NCBI GenBank assembly: GCA_965223035.1
Contig: OZ244980.1
Coordinates: 2,029,184 to 2,093,183, forward strand
Direction of reading: 5' to 3'
DNA from: Hyphomicrobiaceae bacterium
GTDB taxonomy: Bacteria > Pseudomonadota > Alphaproteobacteria > Rhizobiales > Hyphomicrobiaceae
Length of the DNA: 64,000 nucleotides
Within the stretch, counting starts at the first letter, position 1. Every line of letters starts with the position of its first letter. Of this stretch, positions 27,979 through 38,660 are shown in pieces. A program made the position numbers and the translations under genes. The notes under the pieces were generated by a model. That model searched no databases, had not been told where the DNA came from, and saw only the letters and a program-made list of their open reading frames with translations.

Positions 27979-28590
27979 ATGATCCCTTGGCCTTGGCCCG
28001 CACCATTTGAGGACGGCGGTGCTGTTCACTTGCGCCCAGGGTTGGCGTTGCCGGACGTGGCCTTGCCAACGACGGCGGGGCGTACCGTTTCGTTCGCCAG
28101 GCTCAGCGGACGCGCAGTGATCTTCGCGTATCCCTGGACCGGTCGGCCGGGCGTCGAGGATCCGCCAGGTTGGGACGAAATCCCCGGCGCCCATGGCTCA
28201 ACCGCCGAAGCGCGGGGGTATCGTAATCTCCATTCCTCGTTCCTCAGCCTGGATACGGCGGTGTTCGGCCTCAGCACGCAAACCAGCGACTGGCAGCGTG
28301 AGCTGGCGCAGCGTCTCGACCTGCCGTTTGAGTTGGTCAGCGACGCCAGCTTCAAACTGGCCCGCCAGCTTCGATTGCCGAGCTTCGACGCCGGCGGCGT
28401 AGGCTACCTGAAGCGGCTGACCTTGGTCGTCGTGGATGGTCGTATCGACTGGGTGTTTTATCCAGTGCATCCGCCGGACGCGCATGCGCGTGACGTGCTG
28501 GCTTGGTTGACAGACTGGGTCGGATACGCGCTGGAGGCACGCATCAATGACGGGTCGACGCCGTCGCCAACCGCCGATTTGGGAGATTGA
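27979..28590 (+). CDS. Peroxiredoxin/thioredoxin-fold protein lacking any cysteine
   Basis: Redoxin-like layout (LPDVALPTTAGRTVSFARLSGRAVIFAYPWTGRPG ... FGLSTQTSDWQRELAQRLDLPFELVSD). At the position where relatives carry the peroxidatic Cys it reads GAHGSTAEA. No Cys occurs in the whole ORF. The start is uncertain (TTG 27934 alternative). Confidence 0.6.
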   Translation: MIPWPWPAPFEDGGAVHLRPGLALPDVALPTTAGRTVSFARLSGRAVIFAYPWTGRPGVEDPPGWDEIPGAHGSTAEARGYRNLHSSFLSLDTAVFGLSTQTSDWQRELAQRLDLPFELVSDASFKLARQLRLPSFDAGGVGYLKRLTLVVVDGRIDWVFYPVHPPDAHARDVLAWLTDWVGYALEARINDGSTPSPTADLGD

Positions 28591-28593
28591 GAC

Positions 28594-29394
28594 GTGGTCA
28601 TGCGATCGGCACGCGCGCTGGCGGCGCTGGCGGTTGCCGCCGGGTTGGGCGTGGTGGGCCAGACCATGATGGTGCGTGCGCAGCCAAAACCGCCGCTGGT
28701 GATGGCGGCCGCAAGCCTCAAGACCGCGCTCGATCACGCCATCGCAAGCTGGCAACAAAGCTCCGGTGGGACCGGCGAGGTTGGTGCGCGGGTGTCCTAC
28801 GCGGGTAGTCATGCGGTGATCCGACAACTCCAGCTTGGTGCGCCGGCCGATCTGGTGATCGTCGCCGATCGGGGTTGGATGGATTTTGCCGAGCGCCGCC
28901 GGCTGATCGATGCAGCCAGTCGCGTTGATTTGCTCGGCAATCGTCTGGTGTTGATTGCGCCCAGCACGTCCACCGTTGATGTGCAACTCGAGCCGGGCGT
29001 CGATCTGGTCGGTGCGCTGCAAGGCGGTCGACTGGCGGTCGGTCAAGTGCAATCGGTGCCTGCGGGCAAGTACGCGAAGGCTGCGCTACTGTCGCTCGGA
29101 GCCTGGGCCTCGGTGCGCGATCGGCTCGCCCCGGCCGCCAACGTGCGCGCGGCGTTGGCGATGGTGGCGCGTGGCGAAGCCCCGCTCGGCATCGTTTATT
29201 GGACGGATGCGAAAGCCGAGCCGGCGGTCCGCGTGGTCGCGACCTTCCCCGCCGACAGCCACCCGCCGATTGTCTACCCAGCGGCAGTTGTGGCGGCGAG
29301 CCGATCGCAAGCCGCCCGGCAACTGTTCGAATTTCTCAAATCTGCAGCGGCCCGGCCAGCATTCGAGGCGCAGGGCTTCACCGTGCTGCGCTAG
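28594..29394 (+). CDS. modA: Molybdate ABC transporter substrate-binding protein
   Basis: Signal peptide plus ModA blocks (VSYAGSHAVIRQLQLGAPADLVIVAD, VPAGKYAKAAL, GIVYWTDA). It starts 3 nt after the preceding stop. The stop TAG is inside the repeat terminus. Confidence 0.9.
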   Translation: MVMRSARALAALAVAAGLGVVGQTMMVRAQPKPPLVMAAASLKTALDHAIASWQQSSGGTGEVGARVSYAGSHAVIRQLQLGAPADLVIVADRGWMDFAERRRLIDAASRVDLLGNRLVLIAPSTSTVDVQLEPGVDLVGALQGGRLAVGQVQSVPAGKYAKAALLSLGAWASVRDRLAPAANVRAALAMVARGEAPLGIVYWTDAKAEPAVRVVATFPADSHPPIVYPAAVVAASRSQAARQLFEFLKSAAARPAFEAQGFTVLR

Positions 29395-29800
29395 ATCATC
29401 GCGCCTTGAATCGGGATCGTTCCGATTTCGATTAAAGGAAGGTTGCCCTAGATCAAGTTCGCCTGAGGCGGATCAGCAGCGTCCTCAAGCAGCCGATAGT
29501 GATAGGACATCTTAGAGTGGCAACCACGATTCATGCTCGAGACATCGCTGCTACGCGGCTTGCCTCTCACGGTGGTGGTTGGGTGGGTCCGCATACACCG
29601 TCCGACCCCCGGTTCTCATATAGCCGATAGGCGATAGGACCAGTAAAGAGCCGATGGGCGATAGGACAAATAAAATGCTGGCCCACTCCACCCATCCCGA
29701 TCCTCCATTGGGCCACCCAATGGCATGATGTTCTGGTTGCCCCAATGGCGAATCGGGGCGGGGCGTGGGATGGTTCAGCCAACGCGAACACGTCATGAGG
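29391..29800. repeat. Mosaic repeat: H-module (29391-29451) followed by a G-module interrupted by a ~210-bp lower-GC insert
   Basis: ctagatcatcgcgccttgaatcgggatcgttccgatttcgattaaaggaaggttgccctag, then tcgcctgaggcggatcagc ... [insert with 3 copies of AGCCGATrGnGATAGGAC at 29491, 29622, 29649] ... ggccacccaatggcatgatg...gcgtgggatggttcagcc. Confidence 0.8.
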
Positions 29801-29891
29801 CGGCAGCGGATATGAGCGATCGGTGCGTTGCCGTTATTGCCATGACTTGTGCGTCTGTTCTGCCACGACCCTACGGGCCCGCTAACGATCG

Positions 29892-30587
29892 ATGAGCCTA
29901 ACACCGGAAGAAGCCACAGCCCTGCTGTTATCGCTCAAGGTCGCGCTGACCGCCACGATCGTCAGTCTGCCGATCGGGATTTTGATCGCCTACGCGTTGG
30001 CCCGCGGCCGTTTTCCAGGTCGGTTTCTGGTCGATGGTCTGGTGCATCTGCCGTTGGTGCTGCCGCCAGTGGTGACCGGCTACATATTGTTGTTGCTGTT
30101 TGGGCGGCGGGGGCCGATCGGAGCGTTTCTGGCCGAGACGTTCGGCATCGTATTCGCGTTTCGATGGACCGGCGCGGCGTTGGCTTGCGCGGTGATGGGC
30201 TTTCCGCTGATGGTCCGTGCCATCCGGCTGTCGTTCGAGGCGATCGACCCGCGGCTTGAAGCGGCCGCCGGCACGCTGGGCGCGGGCCACGTGGCGCGGT
30301 TTTTGTTGATCAGCTTGCCGCTGGCGATGCCTGGTGTGGTGGCCGGATCGCTGCTGTCCTTCGCCCGCGCGCTGGGCGAGTTCGGCGCGACCATCACGTT
30401 TGTCTCCAACATCCCCGGCGAGACCCAGACCCTGTCAGCGGCGATCTACACGTTCACGCAAATTCCTGGGGCCGAGGCGGCGGCCTGGCGGTTGACGGTG
30501 ATTGCGGTGGTTGTCGCGCTGGTGGCCCTGGTCGGCTCCGAGTTGCTGCATCGGCGGCTCAGCGCCCGCCTGACGAGGCGCCGATGA
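29892..30587 (+). CDS. modB: Molybdate ABC transporter permease
   Basis: 231 aa, 5-6 TM helices, with the EAA-type loop AAGTLGAGHVARFLLISLPLAMPG. Confidence 0.9.
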   Translation: MSLTPEEATALLLSLKVALTATIVSLPIGILIAYALARGRFPGRFLVDGLVHLPLVLPPVVTGYILLLLFGRRGPIGAFLAETFGIVFAFRWTGAALACAVMGFPLMVRAIRLSFEAIDPRLEAAAGTLGAGHVARFLLISLPLAMPGVVAGSLLSFARALGEFGATITFVSNIPGETQTLSAAIYTFTQIPGAEAAAWRLTVIAVVVALVALVGSELLHRRLSARLTRRR

Positions 30588-31669
30588 TCGAGGTCGAGGC
30601 TTACTTGCGCCGTCCCGGCTTTACGCTCGACGTGGCCTTCTCAAGTGAGGGCGGCGTGACGGCGCTGTTCGGCCCGTCCGGTTGCGGCAAGTCGACGACG
30701 ATTGGCGTGATCGCGGGTCTGGTTGCGCCCGATCGCGGTCGGGTCGAGGTGGTCGGCGAGACCTTGCTCGACACCAGCCGCCGTATCAACGTCGCCAGCC
30801 ACAAGCGCCGCGTCGGCTTGGTGTTTCAAGATGCACAGTTGTTCCCGCATATGAGCGTGCGGCAGAACCTCGCCTTCGGTCGACGGTTTTCGCGCGCCGT
30901 GCGCGATTTGGTGGCGTTCGAGCCGGTGGCTGAGACGCTCGGCATCTCGCATTTGTTGGATCGCCGACCCAGCCAATTGTCCGGCGGTGAGATGCAACGC
31001 GTGGCTATCGGCCGTGCGCTGCTAGCCTCGCCACGCGTGCTTTTGTTGGACGAGCCGCTGGCTTCGCTCGATCGTGCTCGCAAATTGGAGATCCTGCCCT
31101 TGATCGACACGCTGGCGCGCGAACACGGCGTGCCGGTGATCTATGTTTCGCATGACCTTGAGGAGGTCACGCGGCTCGCCCGGCAAGTGATCGTGCTGGA
31201 GGCCGGCAAGGTGGTGACATGTGGCGCGCCGGAAGCGGTCGTGCATGCGATCGGCCTGCGCGCGGACGATGATCGGTTCGCGAAAGTCTCGGTTCTGACC
31301 GGGCGTGTGGGTCACTATGACCAGCAATCGATGCTGACGACGCTGCAACATCCGGCCGGCAATCTTTACCTACCTGGCCCTGTCGAAGCGGCGCAGCGGT
31401 CACTGCGGATCGTGATCAAGGCAACCGATGTCGCGCTCGCCATCCAGCCGCCCCACGGCCTCAGCATTCGCAATGTGCTGGAGGGCACGGTGGTGGCGAT
31501 CCAGATGGGTGCCGGTCCGGGCGTGACCGTCGATATCGCGCTGCGCGGAAAGGACTATCTGATTGCCAGCATCACCCGGCCGGGGCTGAAGGAGCTGGGA
31601 TTGGTCGAAGGCAGCCGGGTTTATGCGCTGGTGAAAAGCGCCGCCATCGACGAGCCGCGTCAGGCTTGA
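30584..31669 (+). CDS. modC: Molybdate ABC transporter ATP-binding protein with C-terminal Mop/TOBE domain
   Basis: ATGA overlap with modB. Walker A GPSGCGKST, signature LSGGEMQRV, Walker B LLLDEP, and a TOBE-like tail. Confidence 0.92.
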   Translation: MIEVEAYLRRPGFTLDVAFSSEGGVTALFGPSGCGKSTTIGVIAGLVAPDRGRVEVVGETLLDTSRRINVASHKRRVGLVFQDAQLFPHMSVRQNLAFGRRFSRAVRDLVAFEPVAETLGISHLLDRRPSQLSGGEMQRVAIGRALLASPRVLLLDEPLASLDRARKLEILPLIDTLAREHGVPVIYVSHDLEEVTRLARQVIVLEAGKVVTCGAPEAVVHAIGLRADDDRFAKVSVLTGRVGHYDQQSMLTTLQHPAGNLYLPGPVEAAQRSLRIVIKATDVALAIQPPHGLSIRNVLEGTVVAIQMGAGPGVTVDIALRGKDYLIASITRPGLKELGLVEGSRVYALVKSAAIDEPRQA

Positions 31670-31783
31670 TCGATCGCGAATAAGGAGATCTTCAAGCGTT
31701 GCAGCCGCTGTTGGGCGGGATTGCGCAGCAACGAGGACGGGCGGTGCCGGACCAAAAAAGCAACAGGCTCGTCCTTGGAAGCG

Positions 31784-32110
31784 GGAGGCTTCCGATCAAC
31801 AGCAAAAAATGGCTCCACACGTTAGAGCAACCTGCCTTTAATCGGGATCGTTCCGATTCCGATTAAAGGCAGAAAGTTGCGCTACACTTTAAGAGCGATC
31901 ATCTTTGCGCCTTAAATCGGAACCGGCGCAATTGGAATCGGCGTTGCGGTTCCGATTTAAGGCGCGATGATCTAGGAACGATTGTCTTTCTGCCTACAGC
32001 TGGAACCATCTCGCTCCCGAAGCCCCTCCATCGATGATTTCGCCGCATTGGGTAGCCGGCTGGGGAGGCGGGCCGGCAAGGCTCATCCGCCTCCCGCGGA
32101 GATGATCGAG
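31784..32110. repeat. Composite mosaic repeat: third module (31784-31812), two H-modules (31822-31975), inverted G-module (31976-32110)
   Basis: gaagcgggaggcttccgatcaacagc, then ttagagcaacctgcctttaatcgggatcg..., then a 91-bp stretch identical to 15786-15876. It ends with agctggaaccatctcgctccc...ggctcatccgcctc. Confidence 0.9.
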
Positions 32111-32116
32111 CCGGCG

Positions 32117-33769
32117 TCATGTCCGTTGACGGCGCAGATGCGCGAGCAGGCCGCGCGTGGAGCTGTTGCGGCCGGCTGGGTTAGCCTTGCCGGAGACCAT
32201 CGGTTCCAGTTGAAGGGCAAGCTCCTTGCCGAGTTCCACGCCCCATTGATCAAAGGCGTTAATGCCGTAGACGGTCGCCTCAACGAACACCCGATGCTCA
32301 TAAAGGGCGATGAGTTGGCCGAGCGTTTCGGGGTCGAGCCTTGGGTAGGCGATGGTGAGCGAGGGGCGATTGCCTGGAAAGGTCTTATGGTTGGCCAGCC
32401 GATTGGCTTCCTCCTCCGCGGCACCTTGCGCCAGGAGCTTGGCTTTTGCCTCTTCGGTGGTACGGCCAAGGGCGAGCGCTTCGGACTGCGCCAAACAGTT
32501 GGCGACCAGCAGGTGATGATGGTGACGCAGGTGGGGCTCATAGCCCTGCGCTGCAATCAAAAATTCGCATGGGACAACGTCGGTGCCCTGATGCAGCATC
32601 TGAAAGAAAGAGTGTTGCGCATCGGTGCCCGCCGCCCCCCACACCACGGGCGCGGTGGGTCGGGTGACGGCGGCGCCGTCGAGCGTGACTTGCTTGCCGT
32701 TGCTTTCCATTTCTAGCTGCTGAAGATAGGCCGGGAAACGCCTTAGCCGCTGGTCATATGGCAGAATGGCTCGGGTCGGATGGCGACACACGGCGCGATG
32801 CCACAGCCCCAGCATGCCCAACAGCATCGGTAGGTTGGCCTGGAACGGTTGTGATAGAAAATGCTCATCCATGCTATGCGCGCCGGCCAGGAACCGCCGG
32901 AACTCATGTGGGCCGATGGCAATCATCAGTGGCAGGCCGATCGCTGACCACACCGACAGCCGTCCCCCGACCCAGTCCCAGAAACCAAACACACGGTCGC
33001 CGGCGATGCCGAATTCGGCAACCTTCGCAAGCGCGGTGGAAATTGCCGCAAAATGGCGCTCGACTGCGGCGGCTCCGAGTTGATCGACGATCCAAGCGCG
33101 CGTACTGCGCGCGTTGGTCATGGTCTCGATGGTCGTGAACGTTTTTGAGGCAATCAGGACAAAAGTACGGGCAGGGTCCAGTCCGGCGATGGTATCGGCC
33201 AAATGCGCGCCGTCGATGTTGGACACGAAGTGGAGGCGCGGCCCGCTATGCATCGGCCGCAGCGCTGCGGTGGCCATGGCTGGTCCGAGGTCTGAGCCGC
33301 CGATGCCGATGTTGACGATGTCGGAGAACGGCCCGCCATCGCTTGCCACGATGCGTCCGCGCCTGATCGCATCCGCGAACGCCAAAGCCCGGTCCAACTC
33401 GGCCTTGACGTCGATCATGATGTCTTGGTCGTCAACGACGATCGGGCGGCCGGATCGGTTGCGCAGGGCGACATGCAACACGGCGCGCTGCTCGGTCGTA
33501 TTGATCCGATCGCCAGCGAACATGGCGTCGCGTCGTGAGCTCACGCCGGCAGCAAGCGCTAGCCGCTCCAACAGCTTCATCGTCAGCGAGGTAACGCGAC
33601 ACTTGGCATAGTCCAAGAGCAGTTCGCCTTGGCCTGCGGAGAACGTGTCGAAGCGAGCTGGATCGGCGTCAAACAGCGCGCGCAATGTCACTTGAGAGTG
33701 GCGTGCTTGGTGGGCCTCCAATGCTGCCCAGGCGGCGGAGATTTCTGGCTGGTCAACGTCGCCCGTCAT
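32117..33769 (-). CDS. pgi: Glucose-6-phosphate isomerase
   Basis: 550 aa from ATG 33769: [50 protein letters not shown]. Confidence 0.95.
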   Translation of the reverse strand: MTGDVDQPEISAAWAALEAHQARHSQVTLRALFDADPARFDTFSAGQGELLLDYAKCRVTSLTMKLLERLALAAGVSSRRDAMFAGDRINTTEQRAVLHVALRNRSGRPIVVDDQDIMIDVKAELDRALAFADAIRRGRIVASDGGPFSDIVNIGIGGSDLGPAMATAALRPMHSGPRLHFVSNIDGAHLADTIAGLDPARTFVLIASKTFTTIETMTNARSTRAWIVDQLGAAAVERHFAAISTALAKVAEFGIAGDRVFGFWDWVGGRLSVWSAIGLPLMIAIGPHEFRRFLAGAHSMDEHFLSQPFQANLPMLLGMLGLWHRAVCRHPTRAILPYDQRLRRFPAYLQQLEMESNGKQVTLDGAAVTRPTAPVVWGAAGTDAQHSFFQMLHQGTDVVPCEFLIAAQGYEPHLRHHHHLLVANCLAQSEALALGRTTEEAKAKLLAQGAAEEEANRLANHKTFPGNRPSLTIAYPRLDPETLGQLIALYEHRVFVEATVYGINAFDQWGVELGKELALQLEPMVSGKANPAGRNSSTRGLLAHLRRQRT

Positions 33770-33906
33770 GGCCCATCCTCTATTGTCCGACCACCGCAGC
33801 TTCATGCGCAGGACAGATCGACCTGCACGAGCTTGGAGTTCTGCCGAACGTCAGGTGTGCCAGCTTGCGCGTGCAGCTACAAGATGGTCGCGTAATCGGG
33901 CCGTAT

Positions 33907-34107
33907 CTATCGGGTCACCTGTTGGCGGCGCATCATGTTCAAGCCGTCCAACTGATTTTGGCTGTCCGAGCTGGGTTCGGTGGAGACCTGCTCTGCTTTG
34001 AACTGGGCGTTGCGCGCATCATCGAGCTGCCCGTCGATGAAATCCGCCCACAGCACGCGGCGCAGGGTTCGATTATAGGCTGCGAATACGGGCGATCCCA
34101 ATTTCAT
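33907..34107 (-). CDS. Small hypothetical protein (66 aa)
   Basis: ATG is preceded by GGAG about 9 nt upstream. Third-position GC is clearly above the intergenic level. I recognise no family. Confidence 0.4.
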   Translation of the reverse strand: MKLGSPVFAAYNRTLRRVLWADFIDGQLDDARNAQFKAEQVSTEPSSDSQNQLDGLNMMRRQQVTR

Positions 34108-34248
34108 CGGTGTGCTCCACGTCTAAACGCTGTCGTGAAGCGCAGGCTAACCAACAAGGATTGAGCATTTGTCCATAGATAGGCGCATTTATCACCGCGG
34201 CCGTTAACCTTTGGTTGGTCGTCACGGCGACGGCGCAAGGTCCGCCGC

Positions 34249-35388
34249 TCAGGCCCCCTTGCCTTCGAAGAACTCCTTCACCCGCGAAAAGAAGCCATGG
34301 CTTTCCGGGTTGGTCTCCTTGCGGCTTTCGTTCTCGAACTCTTCGAGCAGCTCCCGCTGCTTGCGCGTGAGATTCTTAGGTGTCTCAACCTCGACCTGAA
34401 TGTACATGTCACCGGTGATCTTGGAGCGCAGCACCGGCATGCCTTTGCCCTTGAGGCGGAACTGTTTGCCCGTTTCCGTGCCCTCCGGAACTTTCACCCG
34501 CGTCATCGAGCCCTGCACGGTGGGGACATCGATCTGGCCTCCGAGCGCCGCCGTCACCATTGAGATCGGCACCCGGCAGAAAATGTCTGCCCCATCCCGT
34601 TGAAAAAAGCTGTGCGGGGTAATCGCCAGAAAAATATATAGATCGCCGCTGGCGCCGCCGTGCAGGCCCGCTTCCCCCTCACCTGCCAGCCTGATGCGGG
34701 TACCGTCCTCGACGCCGGACGGGATATTGACAGACAACGTCTTCTCTTTGGTAACGCGTCCGGTGCCGGCACAACTGTCGCAGGGTTCCTGAACCACTTC
34801 ACCGCGGCCATGGCAGCTCGGACAGGTCCGCTCGATCGTGAAAAAACCCTGGCTGGCCCTGACCTTGCCGTAGCCGCCACAGGTCGGGCAGGCCGACGGC
34901 TTGGTGCCGGGTTTCGCACCGCTGCCGGTGCAGGCATCGCAGGCCACGCCGGTTGGAATACGGATCTGTGCCGTTTTCCCGTTAAAGGCTTCCTGAAGTG
35001 TGATCTCCAGATTGTAGCGGAGGTCGGAACCGCGCTCGCGCCCGCTGCGATCGCGCGAGCCGCGGCGCTGACCCATGAAGTCGCCGAACAAGTCGTCGAA
35101 AATGTCCGACATCGAGGCGGCAAAATCCGGTCCGAAGCCACCGGCACCGCGTGCACCGCCCTGCTCAAACGCGGCGTGCCCATATTGGTCGTATGCTGCC
35201 TTCTTCTGCGGGTCCTTTAGGACTTCATAGGCCTCATTGACTTCCTTGAAGCTCTTTTCGGCGGCTTCATCACCGGGATTGCGATCCGGGTGGTACTGCT
35301 TGGCGAGCCGACGAAACGCTGATTTGAGTTCGCGCTCGCCAACGTCTCGCTTTACGCCGAGTATCTCGTAGTAGTCACGCTTGGCCAT
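34249..35388 (-). CDS. dnaJ: Molecular chaperone DnaJ
   Basis: [21 protein letters not shown], a G/F region and four CxxCxGxG zinc motifs. Confidence 0.96.
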   Translation of the reverse strand: MAKRDYYEILGVKRDVGERELKSAFRRLAKQYHPDRNPGDEAAEKSFKEVNEAYEVLKDPQKKAAYDQYGHAAFEQGGARGAGGFGPDFAASMSDIFDDLFGDFMGQRRGSRDRSGRERGSDLRYNLEITLQEAFNGKTAQIRIPTGVACDACTGSGAKPGTKPSACPTCGGYGKVRASQGFFTIERTCPSCHGRGEVVQEPCDSCAGTGRVTKEKTLSVNIPSGVEDGTRIRLAGEGEAGLHGGASGDLYIFLAITPHSFFQRDGADIFCRVPISMVTAALGGQIDVPTVQGSMTRVKVPEGTETGKQFRLKGKGMPVLRSKITGDMYIQVEVETPKNLTRKQRELLEEFENESRKETNPESHGFFSRVKEFFEGKGA

Positions 35389-35651
35389 CTGGTGCGCCTG
35401 CTCGCAAAGACCGGCCATGGTCCGAAGACGTGGGCCACAGTCAAGATTGGGACAGTTAACGAAAGGCTGACTTCACCGGCCCCCACGGATCACCTTACGA
35501 AGCCCTACCCCTTCGTGCCCCGCTCTATGTGCCGCAACTGCCGGGCGAGGTTTGCACGATTCTGGTCGTGGGTGCTACGCTGCGATCGATGTTGCCGTCG
35601 CGTCTGGCGATCCCATATCCCGTCCTTCGCGCGCTCGCCCGAACAGCATAA

Positions 35652-35673
35652 GGGCCAGCGACGACGCTGGCCC
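35652..35673 (-). terminator. Hairpin in the dnaK-dnaJ spacer (attenuator/terminator candidate)
   Basis: gggccagcg / acga / cgctggccc lies 8 nt after the dnaK stop. On the coding strand it is followed by ttatgctgtt, an imperfect U-tract. Confidence 0.4.
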
Positions 35674-35681
35674 TCAGCCGT

Positions 35682-37619
<1,938 letters not shown>

Positions 37620-37755
37620 CTGACTGGGTCCTTTCGGTTTGCGGCAGACCGTTGCCGACCCGACGACTTCGGCATCTGGCTACCATCATCTCATGGAAAC
37701 GATGGAACGGCCCCCTTGATCCTTTGCGGCAAGCTCTAACTTTCGTCCGACCGTT

Positions 37756-37784
37756 ATATAGGCAGAGCGGAACTGGCCTGCAAC
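37756..37784 (-). promoter_or_regulatory. Putative RpoH (sigma-32) type promoter of dnaK
   Basis: The coding strand reads gTTG-N18-CCTATAT, about 140 nt upstream of the dnaK ATG. This is one mismatch from CTTG-N17/18-CYTATNT. Confidence 0.45.
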
Positions 37785-37870
37785 GGCTTCCCGGCAACGT
37801 TCGGGTGGCAGATCCGCAACTAGCATCCGCCACCGATCGTTCCCCCGTGATGATGGGATGTGTATGCTTG

Positions 37871-38533
37871 ATGGACAAGCCAGCAGGCGCAAAGAAAGTT
37901 GTGGAGATGCCGATGCTGGAAGGCTTTCAACATCTGGCGGGTTACATCGATGCCGCGGGCCAGCGCGCGCTTTGGTCGGACATCGCCGCCGTGCTCGCAG
38001 TGGCGCCGTTCTACCGCCCGACCATGCCCAATTCCGGTAAACCGTTCTCGGTGTCAATGACGAACTGCGGCCAGCTCGGTTGGGTCTCCGATAAGCTGGG
38101 TGGCTACCGCTACCAGGCCGCCCATCCGCTGACCGGACGCGATTGGCCGCCGCTGCCGGCCCGGTTGATCGAGCTCTGGCAACAGGTCGCTCACTATCCT
38201 GCGTTGCCGGAGGCCTGCTTGATCAATCACTACGAAGCGGGCACCAAGCTGGGCAGTCATGTTGACGCCGACGAGGCAGACACCGCAGCGCCGGTGGTGT
38301 CGGTCTCGTTGGGTGACGACGCGGTTTTTCACGTTGGCGGCCTGCGGCGCTCCGATCCGCGCACCCGCATGGTGTTGCGCTCCGGAGACGTGGTGATCCT
38401 GGGCGGGACGGCGCGCAAGGCCTATCACGGCATCGATCGCATCATGCCAGGGACATCGGCGCTCGTGCCCCTGGGCGGGCGCGTGAACCTTACGATGCGT
38501 CGTGTCACGTTACCCGATAGCAGGTATGGTTGA
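37871..38533 (+). CDS. alkB: Alpha-ketoglutarate-dependent DNA/RNA dioxygenase AlkB
   Basis: LINHYEAGTKLGSHVDADE (HxD), SVSLGDDAVFHVGG, ARKAYHGIDRI, RVNLTMRRV. Start chosen at ATG 37871 (37850 is an alternative). Confidence 0.88.
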   Translation: MDKPAGAKKVVEMPMLEGFQHLAGYIDAAGQRALWSDIAAVLAVAPFYRPTMPNSGKPFSVSMTNCGQLGWVSDKLGGYRYQAAHPLTGRDWPPLPARLIELWQQVAHYPALPEACLINHYEAGTKLGSHVDADEADTAAPVVSVSLGDDAVFHVGGLRRSDPRTRMVLRSGDVVILGGTARKAYHGIDRIMPGTSALVPLGGRVNLTMRRVTLPDSRYG

Positions 38534-38660
38534 CCAAAGGTCAGCCGGTCGTCAGGGGTTTGGCAACGACTCTGTGTTGAGCTGGTCACCAGTTGATTCG
38601 GCCAGGTTGATCCGTTGGCTGCTTTGGCCACCGCCTCCTGCCAAGTTTTTTGGTAACGTC

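Noticed and set aside
31899-32120. Small ORFs running through the mosaic repeats (31899-32120, 22370-22558, 22278-22553, 23794-24201, 29199-29435, 61899-62279). They give recurring peptides such as SRLKSEPQ.RFRFKA and DHRALNRNR.
   Set aside because: The shared peptides are translations of the palindromic repeat DNA, in both orientations, not conserved proteins.
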